From Balanoglossus misakiensis (lineage: Eukaryota > Animalia > Hemichordata), in the NCBI GenBank assembly GCA_040954595.2, contig CM082577.2, forward strand, positions 5,382,301 to 5,446,300: DNA of 64,000 bases, in the 5' to 3' direction. Made by a program: the position numbers and the translations under genes. A model generated the notes under the pieces. It saw only the letters and a list, made by a program, of their open reading frames with translations. It had not been told where the DNA came from and did not search any database. Shown here piece after piece: positions 36,601-49,765 of this stretch (positions are counted from its first letter, which is position 1; each line of letters opens with the position of its first letter).

Positions 36601-39600
36601 CGAGAAAAAGAAGTACTCAACAAACTTTACTCGCATCCATTCTTCGTCAAACTTTACTTTACATTTCAAGACAGGGACAAATTATGTATCCTTTTCCAGT
36701 GATTGTTGGCTGGTGGTTTCAGCGGGGGTCATTCACAGGTGAGGAGGGGTCACAACCCATGTCACGACTCGTGTCAGAGTTCAGAGTTCACGAATCCATG
36801 TTGAAGTTGACACTTCAGGTAGCATAGCTGAGTGGAGGTTGATATGCTTAATTATCATAATTTTCTCCGCTACAATTCCTCCTCGTACTCTCTGCTAATA
36901 TGTAGTGCTTCTGATGTAAATTTACAATTGTCTGTACGTGCAGTCAGGCAGGACTAAGTGAAAAAAAGCAGAAATATGTGTATGTATAAGTTACAGAAAA
37001 CAGTGTCACTCATTTTTGTTTTTGTCAGATTTGTGAAATAAACACCAAAAGCATTATTTTGAGAGAGAAAAGCAATCTTGTCATCAACATCTGTCTGGAC
37101 GAGTTGTTTTCATCTGAAAAGCCTGAAGACAAAAATGATACATCCTCCTAATGTTGTCCCCCGGGTAAAGCAAAAGTATGACATTTAAAGTTGAAACCAT
37201 TTGAAACTTTAGACCTCCTGTTTTCCAGTTTTGGAGGGAAATGTGAGCGGTACTTCTGTATTGTTCGATTTATTTCAGTAATAGCACAAGTTTTAGTTCA
37301 AATCCAGTAATGAGTAACACCTGCTATCACATTGTCCTCAAAACTCAACTTTTTGATAATCACAAAAAGAACAAAGGGTAGTATTAAACTGCCTAAATCA
37401 TATGTGCAGATATGTACTATATTGATGTTTTTGGAAAAAATGGTCAAAAACTACAGATAGTGGAACTTTTGTTTGTGAATTTTCGCTGCAATATCTGACT
37501 GTGCTTTTACCAGATATGATCACGAACATATGTTGATGTTTTTCCCGTTGTTGTTTATATGTAGAACAACCTGACTCAGGTGTATTAATAGTTCCGTGTC
37601 GTGCCTGCATGCTTATTTAGCAACAGTACTCTCGTGAGTACATTCAGAAGCCAAGCCGCAAGCTTCTGGAGTTTGTTTTGCACTTTTCTGCTGATTGATT
37701 TGCTGTGTCGTTGCCCAGATCCCATCAACTGCCCCGAAATCGTTTCTCAATCAAAGCAGGGACGAGTATAGATCATCAATCTGAAGTAGATAGCGCTGGG
37801 AATGTCAAGGTCACGTCGTGGGGGAAACGATACGAACAAGTACAGTGCACGTTAACTTGTGTCATAACAAGATCAGCCCATTATCGGAACTCAGTTGAGA
37901 TTTTTTACATCATCACCATCTCACTGCGAGCAAATTCTGTTTGTTTGGATTTATTTTTATCCCCACCAACACGATCATGTCTTCAAGGACAAACCAGCCG
38001 AAACCTCCTCCGCATCATCATCATCATCGTCTGGGATGTTTTTCTCTCATCCCACGCCGATGCCAGATATTCCCCCGACCCCTGCAGGGCTATCAGCCAT
38101 GTCGACTCCCATTACCACAGACTGTGCATCCCCCATCCATCAGCTCAGCGTGCAGACTGTCGCCCAAAAAAATCACTCCTGTTCACTGGTCACTGCATTT
38201 CCTGGTTGCGTTTAATTGGATCGGGCCGAATGTTTTTTTCCTGTTCCTTGTTGCCGTGGCGACTGGGAACTCTGGGATGCCGTGCACAAACCGGTAGCGC
38301 GGTTGTTGTGTATTGTCTGAAATCTACATCCCTCCGCAGTCACTGGCCTTTGTTGTTGTTATTTGACTATTGAACAGCTGGAAAGCTATTGTGTTTTTCC
38401 CTCGCACCGTGAAATCACATGACGTGACAGCTGTTTCTCGTCCATTGTATGTGATCATGATTAGTTGGGAATCCAAAAAAAAAGCCTTGGTTCATTTTTT
38501 TTTTTATCAAAACAAGCTCTTTAATTATAAGGAGTTTTATATCATTTCACAAGACAGAGGAATGTTAACACTGCTTCCAGAAAATAAAAACAACCAGAAA
38601 AGTACATATATTTTACATGTATGTACCAGTACTTATGTGTGTATGCATGCATGTATGTACCTATATTATGCGTATATAGAGTATCAATTTATCTACCTAT
38701 GTATGTACCTGTCTTTCTCACTTTGAACTGGTATATGGAACTATATTGAGCGGGATTGACTTTGTATGGAAGTCTTTAAAGTTTGTGATTTTCACTCATT
38801 TGGCCAGTTTGTGTTAACCCTTTCCTTAACCAGTGCTGAACAGATTTTGGATTAAGTTATGCCAAGAAAGGTGAATTGCTCCAATATATCAATAAAGTGG
38901 GATCCTTCGACGAAAATTGTACTCATTTTTATGCAGCTGAAATTGTCTCAGCTTTGGAACATTTACATAGCCTAGGAATCATACACAGGTTAGTGCAAGT
39001 TCTTTAATTCTTTAATTAATATTACGTGTATTATGTTATAGGTCTTGTTGTTATCATCATCATCATCATCATTATTATTTATTTATTTATTTCAGGGATT
39101 TAAAACCTGAGAATATACTTTTGGATGAATCCATGCATATAAAAATAACAGATTTTGGCACAGCAAAGATACTTGACTCGAGCGCACGACAGGGTAAGTT
39201 ATTGTCTTGTACATAGATTAATAACATATTTTTGCCAAGAAGAGATTCAGTTTTTAAAAAATGAGTGAAACCTTGGTAACTCCCATCAACACACTGGTCT
39301 GAACACAAAAAAATAATTGTGGTCAGGTGACACTTGCCAAGGTCACATTGAACGTAAGTTGTTTTGATAGAAGTGCAACACCCTCACATAATGTGTCTCC
39401 CAGAATGTGAAGGCTAGGGAGTAAACAACTACAGCGTAGTGATGTCATAAATGTGCAAAATATCACCTACACCTTCTGGCATTAATTTTCCCAGGTTCGC
39501 AAACCACCCCCCACCCCACCCCACCACCCCTTCCAAACTTTGGTACTGCCCAAGTGACGTACATCTAGGGCCTAGCAGAAAGTTCTGACAGGGTTTGGGC

Positions 39601-42600
39601 AGTTTGACTACACTAAAAATGAAAAAGTACAAGGCATTGATAAATGCTAATGCTGCCTACATTACTTGGGAGGTGGCAACTGAAAAGTAAACAGACTTTT
39701 CAGCTTTGTAATAATGATGGCCAGTTGCAAAACATATTTCTATTTTTGGAATGTTTTGGTGAGAAGCTAAAAGAGGAATTACCTTCAATCGATGACCTTC
39801 AAAGTGGGTGGAAGTGTATGAAAACAATTTCTGTATAATTATTTCCCTTCAAAATTTAACCTGCATGCCACCGCATGCTCTATATAAGGGCATATGTTAA
39901 TTACAGGTGATCGTATCCCCCATTGACATAAATCTCACAGGCCATGATTTTAGTATTTGATTTATTGAGAATTATCGAAAGTAGTAAATGACAATATGCA
40001 GGTGGTTGTCGGTTGGTGGGTGTTTTTTATCAAATCAGCTTTAGGGACCCATATTTACACAATTGGAGTTGCGCCCCACTTTTTATAGTAAGAGTGAACG
40101 AGCAATCAGTTCTTTAACACGTGTGGGTAGTCAAGCCTGACATTCCGTTGTGAAGTACTAGACTGCAATTTGAACAGGAAGCAGGTCGTCAATCAACTTC
40201 AGTTTCTTGGAATTGTTTTTGATTCTCTGCTTCAGACTCAACAGTCAGATTTTAATACTGGGATTTCTGTGTACAATTTAGAAAGATTTATCACTCACCT
40301 AGATATAAAACTTGCTTCCTGTGTGATACCTTAGTTTCAGATCATGAATTTTGATAAAAAGTGCATTTCAGATAAGAGAACCGCCGTGTTACTAAAGTAC
40401 CCCACCACATATCGTCTCTCATTATGATTATACACATTTTGTAATCAACTTCGACATCTACTGTATCTGCACCAAGGTAACATAGTGCAGAAGCATGCAC
40501 TGGAATACTGTTCTCATTAACGTATTAAAAACACAACAAATATCTTGCCAGCCCCCTAAAACACATAGGCAAGTTTTCAGATTTCCTGTAATACCACCAG
40601 TAATTGGTTTCTTGATCAAATAAAGTTCATTTGCTTTTATTTAAACCAGTGTTCAAAATCCCACAAAAGCAGTTTTTAGGTTCGACCGGCAATTTTCTGT
40701 AAGCTGCTAAAAACATGTCCAGATTCCTAACGTGAATGTCTGTATTTTTTTCTATTTTTTCCCCGTAAAGTCCGAGCGAACTCATTCGTGGGTACTGCAC
40801 AGTATGTGTCGCCGGAGCTTTTGACAGACAAATCAGCGTGCAAGAGGTGAGTGATACACTTCGACCTACCAATTGCCAAAGTACATTCACCTTTCCGATC
40901 GTAACAAATTACAGCGTCATTCATGTATCTGCATGCACACTTTCCAGCATGGAAACTCCATAACTACAAGCCCTATAGTACCTTCCCAAAATAGAGGAGT
41001 GAATATTACCGTAGTATACCATGAATAAAACAGCTTTGCCTATACATCTTTCTCCAAACAGTTTCTTTCTGGTGCTTGACTTCTTATCGTTTGTAATATG
41101 TTATCATAATATTTTTTGAAGATAGACTTACCTTGAAATGTGACTGTCATGAAAATGTGTATTTGTTGTAGTTTTGCCTTACTAATATTACAGTAGTTGT
41201 CGTTATAATAAGTTTTAAAATAAGTTGGAAGGAGTAGAATCGGGGTCAGTGGCCACTGGCCTGACAGAAATTTTATCTGATCACTGCCCTTGTTCTAGTT
41301 ACCATGTTTCCAGACAATACTCATTTCAGGGGTCTATTTGTACAGCCTCACATCACTTGGAATGTTCTGTCTGGGGAAAATGAAATGCTTTTGCTGGGTG
41401 ATTGGCAGGCACCAAAGACGTTTCAGTGAACGATTGAGAAACCATAAGAAATCCATCTGGAAAGTGCAGATTGATGTCACTGAGTGGTCTTAGGGGAGAA
41501 TAATTTGATTCATGGAGGCGGTTGGAGGATGGGGGGGGGGGGGGGGTTGTTTGCAGATGGTGTAAAGGAAAAAGTTTTCTCCTGCAATGCCTTGAGAGAG
41601 AAAATGGTACTGATAATAGAAAAGAATTGCTGTAATAGTGACTGAAAAAAAACATTTCCTGACATACCCAAACCCCCCTCAAATAAAATGGTTCTCCCCT
41701 TATGTTAAAAAATTTTTTTTGCGATAGACAAGCAAATATCCTCCATCCCCCCCAACCCACCCACCCACATTTGAAAGTCTGCAAACTGCTGCTTTTTATC
41801 ATTCACTTAAGAAATATGATTTTGTACTAGATAGCAAAAAAATGAATTGCTTTTAAGTGACTAATTGTCTTACATGAACCGTCATATCTGATTCCAGGCA
41901 GTCCTCCTTGTTCTTCTCCGGTTTGTGTGTAAATTCTTTGCTCCCTCTTTAGTCGCTCGGGTAACAGCAGTGACATTTGAAAAACGATACAAAGTGATTT
42001 CATTCTAAGCGGTTCCGAGGCCAGCCGGCATTGAATTTAAAAACGCTTTCTCAATTCTATTAGTATTGTTTATCGTACAATTTACTGAAAGCTGAAAGTG
42101 CTTTTTCAATCATGACATCCTCTGTAATATTGTCTATCAAATAATTCGGGGTGGTTGAAGTCTGCTTTGGTTCACTTATTTACCCCAATTTTATCTGTAC
42201 AAACTTTATTTTAACATTTTAATGTAATTGCAACAGTCTTTTTTTTTATTTTTGTGTATAAACTGCATAACATCAATATTACATTCATGTTTCCCCGAGC
42301 ATGTTTATCAGCGTAATCCTCTCCGCAGGAATCGATCTGATCCGACTTAATGCCTTTTCCTTGTTTATGAAGATTCCCAGTAAATCCCCTTTTCCTCGTT
42401 TTGGAAATTCCCAAGTAAATCTGCATCTCTCTCTCAGTGTTTTGACGGCTCATGTCTGTGTGTATTTTTTTTCCCTCCATCACAGCTCTGATCTCTGGGC
42501 TCTAGGATGTATAACTTATCAATTGTTGGCTGGTCTGCCGCCGTTCCGAGCAAGGTATGTCCTCTACATAGACAGTCTGTGGTCTCTACAGCGTTTGCAT

Positions 42601-45490
42601 CATCACTGATAATTCCGAAAGGGACCAAAAACTCGCACCCAGATATTCATTCTTTACTTGATACTGTATAACACTGAAAGTTGTTTACACATAGTATGTG
42701 TAGTAATATTTTAGTTGAGCTGTTTCGCAGATGAATTGATTGTTCTTCTAGAACCCTCCATTTCTTACCCTGGCTTGTCATCTATTGCTTGCTGGTATTT
42801 ATGTGGAGGAACAACAAAATCTATACCTTAATCCCGTGTAGTGTGTTCACATTGCATCGCTACCTGGGTTACCTCTATAGAGACATGACTTCAGTGGGAA
42901 TAAAAAAATAATCAGGTTGTAGAACGCAAAGTGTAAGTTCATGTGGAGGACAAAAATTCAAAAGGAAATAATCCAAGTGTTTGCATCTACCACCCCTTCA
43001 GTCATTACAGCTGACCTGGTCTATGAGACTTATCTTGTGATTGATAGCTTTCCGGAAAAAGATGTTTTGTTATCCGTTCTTATTTTCAGCAACGAGTACC
43101 TAATATTCCAGAAGATCGTCAAATTGGAGTATGATTTCCCCGAAGGATTCCCAGTGGTACCCAAAGATCTTGTCACTAGGCTATTGGTGAGTTGAGCTCA
43201 TAGTACTTACGTACTAGGAGAACAGAACATTTTAATTTTCATCTTGGATAGAAAAACAAACCACCATGAACACTAATAGGTGTGAAATTATTGATTAGGA
43301 ACTGTTTGTTTGAAGCTGCAATTTCGTCTGCCTTTGAATCGTTTTAAAGTACAATAGACACTACATATTGTATTGATTTCCATTAGGCAATGAATTTGTG
43401 TACTGTGTGATTTTTCTATGGGGTAGACATTATGATCATCATACGCTGCGGTTTACAAAGTTTGTTATGGTATTAATGATTTCAATTTCCAAAAGTATTG
43501 TCGGAAAATATGGGGGTTGTTTTTTTGCCCTAAATAAATTGTGAACACTTTGTGTTTTCTGCAAATAAACAGGTGCTGGAACCAACCAAGAGACTCGGGT
43601 GTGATGAGATAGGTGGCTATCCACCTTTGAAATCACACGCATTTTTCAAAGACATCGACTGGGAGAATCTGGACAAGCAGACACCGCCCGTGTTGAAGCC
43701 ATATCTGAAGTCACCGACCGGGGAGGAACTACGCAGTGACTACAATGTGAGTAGCATTTGTGTTTGTTTGTTTGTTTGTTTGTTTGTTTGTTTGTTTGTT
43801 TGTTTGTTTGTTTGTTTGTTTGTTTGTGTGTGTGTTTGTTTGTTTGTTTGTTTGTGTGTTTGTGTTTGTTTCCTTGTTTGTTTGTGTGTTTGTTTGTGTG
43901 TTTGTTTGTGTGTGTGTGTTCGTTTGTTTGTGTGTTTGTTTATTTGTGTGTTTGTTTGTTTATTTGTTTGTTCGTTAGTTTGTGAGCAAAAGTTACAGCT
44001 AGTAGCCCTTTAAACGATGCACATGGCACAAGAACTTCACAACAGTAACAAGATTTTGATTTCTGTGAAGGTACCCGAAGATTACGACCCGGCGATAGGC
44101 GAGAAGGCCCTCGCAGATTTGTTCGGAGTGGGCGACATCGTGCTGGAGCCCACCAGCCCTCAGATGGAGTCGAAGAGGGTCACTTCGATGATGTTTCCCA
44201 AAAACGAGGAGGACAGACGACAGAAACTCGAGAAACAAGTCAAGGAAAACAAGTGGCACAGATTTGTGGAAAACCACCTTATATTAAAAATGGGACTTGT
44301 TGATAAACGCAAGGTAGGGGGGAGATCAATCTCACTACTGTCTGGTAAAATTTCAGTTCAAAAAGAGGCCTTTTTTCAGTTAAACACAGTCCCACATTTT
44401 GCATTGTTGTTTATTGTATTTGTATGCAAATAATTTGCTGTGAAGCTATCTCAGTCACAAAACAGGGGCTACAAAACTCGTCTCCAGAGTTTTAAAAAAT
44501 TGTGACATTGTGCAATTTTCGAACAGTATCTGAGCAGCTTGAAATTTCCCTTTCCCTAATGACTGTGATTGCTTTATATATTTTGCAGGGTTTGTTTGCC
44601 CGACGTAGACAACTCCTACTCACAGAGGGACCTCATCTGTATTACGTAGACCCAGAAAATATGGTTTTAAAAGGCGAGATACCATGGTAGGTATATCTTC
44701 ATCATTAAAGAAACATACCATAGAGGGCGCTATGACATCATTGTTGACAGAAATATTGCAAAATGTCAAAGCAAGATTAGAGAGATGAGACAGAAATGAG
44801 AAGCATTTATGAGAATTGAAACCTGGATCAAAACCATTGATTATTAATATTAACTATGACGTAATGACCTTTCATTTCCAGGTCACCGGCACTACGAGTA
44901 GAATCCAAAAATTTTAAGACATTCTTTGTACACACTGTAAGTTCACAATTTTATTCTCTTGGTCTTACTTAACTCTCTCAACTAAAATCCGGGCCATCCC
45001 TAGCAGAAAGGGGTCGTATGGTAATAAGTATATGGTCATAAGTATCTCACTCCCATAAGAGACCCCTTTCTGCTTGGGATGGCCATTCTTTTATTGTCCA
45101 CTCTATTAGATAACAGTTTACTTCATTGGACATACTAGTATATGATTGTGCCCATGCTTCTCAATCTATTTACATGTACTTACAGTAATATATTCTCACA
45201 CTTCAGCAAAAAATACAGGTCTGGATGTAGACTCTTAAATGTATCAACATAGACTTCTACACTTTCCTTCTCCTTGTACCAGACTTTAATTACATACATG
45301 TATCGAGAAGTCCGCTGTTCTCACCAAAACCATTTTCAACACCAAGTGCTGAACCCAAAATAATTGAACTTTGCCCTCTCTGCAGCCCAATCGTACCTAC
45401 TATCTGATGGACCCGAATAACTACGCCCTGGAATGGTGTAAGGCAATAGATGAAGTCCGAAGAGACACATACCCGTCGCACAAATCGTGA
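27680..45490 (+). CDS. PDPK1: 3-phosphoinositide-dependent protein kinase 1 (AGC kinase + PH domain), 534 aa
   Basis: Fourteen phase-consistent exons: 27680-27703, 34016-34252, 36339-36381, 36545-36685, 38844-38988, 39096-39193, 40771-40846, 42486-42554, 43090-43186, 43573-43746, 44071-44313, 44589-44686, 44882-44936, 45386-45490 (1605 nt). Motifs [39 protein letters not shown] and DLWALG; PH domain [29 protein letters not shown] and HTPNRTYYL. Confidence 0.96.
31045..31262. mobile_element. Possible diverged non-autonomous DNA transposon (MITE) fragment in PDPK1 intron 1
   Basis: Begins TTAAGGTAGAATGCACCTCG and contains GGGGTCACCGTGC and CAAAATGGCCGCC. Resembles a TTAA-flanked repeat family I recall from acorn-worm-type genomes; recalled, not searched. 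No matching right end found. Confidence 0.35.
36686..38843 (+). other. U12-type (minor spliceosome) GT-AG intron in PDPK1
   Basis: 5' site |GTATCCTTT and branch point TTCCTTAAC (38822-38830) 13 nt before CAG|, with no polypyrimidine tract. Splicing joins KL(T|AT)FG = KLYFG in frame. Confidence 0.92.
43757..43982. repeat. (TTTG)n/(TG)n compound microsatellite in a PDPK1 intron
   Basis: Seen directly. Confidence 0.92.
44992..45084. repeat. Inverted repeat with ~24-bp arms (hairpin/MITE-like) in the last PDPK1 intron
   Basis: GGCCATCCCTAGCAGAAAGGGGTC ... GACCCCTTTCTGCTTGGGATGGCC, one mismatch. Confidence 0.8.
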
Positions 45491-48400
45491 ACTTTGACCT
45501 CACAGAAGGCACAGAGAGCAATGACACAAGACCAGTGTATAACTTGTACAAAGACATTTTATGGACAAAATTTGTCTGGAGAAAAAAAATCCGCATTTTC
45601 ACTGGCTGTCCCGAATATGAATTTCTCAAAAATAAAAAAGGCAACAGTTGTAGATATACAGTGGTTAAACTATGGTTGCTGAAATCTTGAGAGATATAAA
45701 AATAAACCTTGCAATTCTGATGACCTCAACATTTGATTTGACATGACATGACCTGACCTCGACCTGACATGACCTGCACTTAAAAAAAATTCAACACACA
45801 TCCTAAAAAGAAATCTGAGAAAAAAAAATAATGACTTAACTGTATTTGTGGTGTCAAATGGCAATTAAATAATATTTCCAAATCAGAAACGAGTCTGCTG
45901 CAGTTGAAATGAAGGAAGTGAAAACAGGGGGGATATTGTTATTGTGTGTAGATGGCGCTGTTCATCTGGGCGGGGAACAATGCGTTCGGAAACTGCTCCA
46001 ATCAATGTACTTTGGTTTCTGGGATTATGGAAGTACACGCATGACACGTAAAACAAGAATCATTACTTTTAATATAGTAAGTAAAAGTAATGAATAGATG
46101 GATGGATGAACGGATTTATACAAAATCTTTCCCAATATTTACGATTAATATAACAAGTAGACGGCGCTAACCTCTATGAAACAAGCAATTTGATTTTGAA
46201 AGAAGACGATTTAAACGCAAGAGCCCATAGAACTCCAACCCTTTTATCAGCTTTGCAAAGGATTTGTCAAAATTTTCAATTGCCAGGGTGCACGTATTAA
46301 CCCGGTGTAAGAATTCTATTGATTTGAAAAATACTTCCAGGGGGTGAATTTACAAATAACCTCACCGAAAGCAAGGGTCACAAACAAGTAAATATGTTGT
46401 CTTCACGCTTATTTCTGTTACCATGACAACCTAGATCCATACATTTCCCTGGATTTCTGAAACGAGCTACTAAAATGAAAGACGCCTTACTCTAACGGTC
46501 ATTGTCCGTTTGCTTTTCCCTCCCGCGTGGCATTATGTTTTTGCGGAGCGTGGATTTTAAACAAGCAAACTAAAGCGTTATTTGGTCTCTGAGGGTTAAT
46601 GTTTGTGTGCGTCGGTTGAAGACATATGTACAACACATACCGCCCGGTCCGGGGAAACACGGTAGGAAGTTAAGTATGTAATAGGTGCATAGAATATGTC
46701 TTATGCTCTCGGCTGTTTTGTTGTCGCAAAAAAGTAGTTTCCAGTATGCAGAGTACAGCGTACATGAACTGTGCCACTACGTATAGAGACTGGACAACAG
46801 ATTCTTTGCGCTAGCTTGTTGCGTGCAAACGCCAACGATTCGTAATAAGATCTAGAGTAATCACAGCAATTGTGTAGTACTTCACGGATGACAAATAACG
46901 CAAACACGCTTTCTTTATGTCCGACTGAAGTCGACGGCTATCGGATACCATCAGCATGTACCCCGCAGTTCCCTCAAGATTTTTGGGGGTACGGGTGACC
47001 CCGTCATGGAAATCGTGTCCGCTTCTGACCAAAACCGACCGTCATTCGCACCTTAATTGTTGTTACTATAGCGACGGTTTTGTTGACAAAAGTGGACCCG
47101 GTTGACACTGTATAGCCGCGAACACGAATATGTAGACGGATCCCTGTTTGCACATCGCAATCGTACCGTGACACCACGACATTCGATCTTTATAGCTGAA
47201 ATGTCACGGCCTGTTAAACTTGTGTTTAACTGTGAATCTGGACGATATAAAAACCATTAAATTTGGGGGGAAACCCAACATCGCATGCATGCTGAGAATA
47301 AATTGATTTTGGAATTTTCCGGTTGGGTTGATCTAACATGGTTAATCGACAGATCATGAAGTGTTTCACGCGGAATGACTTTGTTCGTTAACGCGACTGT
47401 GTAAACGACAGGTGCAAACCTTCAACATGCCACCTTGTTCAGTCTTAGCAGTGACGTAGCGCCATAACAGTGTCATGTACAGGTACAATTAAATGTCCAC
47501 TGCGTATTAGGCACAGTGTAGGGGATTTTAGCCCACGTATATTCTCTGAAAATGGCGTGGAGAATACTACAACTGTTCATGCTGTTTCACAGAAATTTCA
47601 ATGTTCCACAGAAATTTCAATAATCCGAATTCTAAGAAACTGAATTGACATTTTGCAAATTGCTTGTTTTTCAGTAAAATAGAGTTTTTTTGGACTATTT
47701 TCAAAATGTATTTTCACGATATAGTTCTACTCATGTTAGTAAATGCTGGTAAAATTTCAACCACGGTGATCTCTTGCCAGCCACACTGACAATCAACGAG
47801 TTTCTTCGTTGATTTCTAACAGTTTGACTTCCATATCATGGAAGAAACGTAAGTGAAAGGCTTAGCACGACTGACATACATGTACATGTATATATAACTG
47901 TGTTCACGTTAAGTACTTGTAGTTTCATGGGCGACAGCACTCGAGTTCAAGTGCTCTATTGTTTGTGGCGTAGGCCCAATTACTGATAAAACCAAATACA
48001 CGTGTACACGTAAATTCATTCAACACCGTTGCTTCAAATTCGACCTTCACAATAGACTGTGCACATTTCAGGGGTGTGCCATGCTTGCTCGAATTCCACG
48101 GAAGCCCCTAACACCTGCGTAGGCAACCGCGGTCTCTTCACAGTACATGTTTACCTAGACATGCACAGTGTATCGGCGAATCTGCTGGCGAGCGCAAACT
48201 CCGGGCACAGGTAAAACGTTGTTTCTATGACGACTTCTGGAAACCTGACGTGTGTTTTTTTTATTACCCAACACGCGATTGGAAGTTACTGAACTGTAAA
48301 ATGCGCGCACTTCCACATATATACTCGACCGCGCCGCCTAACAAAGGTGGCCCTGCTTACGTCAATCACACTGCAGGTGCATGTATTTCATCTTGTCGGC

Positions 48401-49633
48401 TCTCCGTAATCTGAGGTTGTATTGTGCTGCTCTGATCACGTGGTGGTTGCGCTTTGTACGGCCTCCCGGCTACCTGGGAACCACAAAAATGTCGGCTGGA
48501 ATGTAATCATTTGCTCCGTTAGCCGTCACCCCCAGTGCGCGGCACAGGACTGCTGGAGAGCGCGCGACAGGTCGAGTCGACCGGGGAACCGTTCACTCCG
48601 ACAAACCTCTCACGTATCACGTCACGTCGAAGATATACATCGTCAACTGGTTTCGTATTTCAGGTGATCTATTTCGCCGTTCGTGAAATAATACCAGGCG
48701 TTTCGAGGATATTGGTTCGTTTGAGGTAACTATATACCCGATATAATCTACCTATACTTTCTCAAAGCATAAAACCCGGTAAATTTAGCTTCACTGGCAC
48801 TTTGAAGACTCGTATAAAAACGTCTGCAGCAGCCAGGACCATGGTAACGGCTGCATGACGTCATTGGTGGGTATGGGCCGTGAAGTAGCTATGATTTTTC
48901 CCGTCTTTCTCTGTGATTTTACAGAAGTCGCATACAGACCCGATATGCGTTCGTCTATGAGTGGTGTAAATTTGATATGTCGATGAGCCTGGCCAAACGA
49001 GTTACTTATGGCGAGAATGTTTGTCTTCATTTGTCTGTAGTATGGTGACAGATTTCGGGTTTAGAAACGAGCTCAGTCACAACTCGTCAAAGGAACTTAT
49101 TTTAAAATTCATCAGCTAGTTTACCGTAAAGGGCTGGTTCAAATTCTTTCCTGAAACTCCAGACCGTCAACAAGTGCGGTGTACGGGCCCTGAGCGCCAA
49201 CGGGTTGCATAGCAACGACCACGTTTACTAACGCGGTTCAGACTCAAGTGGTAAGTTCTCCGGGAGCTTATCACATATTGCTTACACTAAATCAATCTTC
49301 AATATTCAATTCAATGAGAATTTTATTCGGCTAGGGTTCCTCTTCGCTCTATCAGTTTTAGTCGACTCTAGACCACTGCAGTCTGGAGCGAGAGAAAACA
49401 AACAGTTAATATCCTTTTGAATTTTACTTCGGATTTAATCCCTGGCACTAATTGATTGACCGCAATATAGCGCAACGGAATTCGTGGCGCACAAAACTAT
49501 TTTCATTTGAATTATTGATTTTGCATTCATAGACCTCAACTTTATTCGAACTTTTCTAATCCAAGAATAACATAAGAGATCTTCATATTTCCATCACTGG
49601 TTGCTATGGTATATTCACTCTGATTGTGACATA

Positions 49634-49765
49634 TTTTTAATCCCGGAAACATGATTTCCATTCGCGGTCGCTTAATCTATTATATTATAATTCTATTTGC
49701 ATTTCCGAATTGTTTCTCGGGATTCTCAATCACCCCCACAAATCATGTTTCCGGGATTTAAAAAA
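49634..49765. repeat. Inverted repeat with ~24-bp arms and ~80-bp spacer (MITE-like)
   Basis: TTTTTAATCCCGGAAACATGATTT ... AAATCATGTTTCCGGGATTTAAAAA; 19-bp perfect core. Confidence 0.75.

Noticed and set aside
43758-43985. CLFV-, HTYI- and VLYCT-repeat ORFs (also at 63629-63999, 24187-24546, 15982-16510)
   Set aside because: Translations of microsatellites.
45740-45778. TGACA/TGACC pentamer cluster in the PDPK1 3' UTR resembling nuclear-receptor sites
   Set aside because: Better explained as a short degenerate pentanucleotide repeat.
47265-47860. NF-kB-like (GGGGAAACCC, GGAATTTTCC) and IRF-like (AAGTGAAA) motifs upstream of the NTase-TPR gene
   Set aside because: Short, imperfect matches expected by chance; tempting for the immune hypothesis but unsupported.
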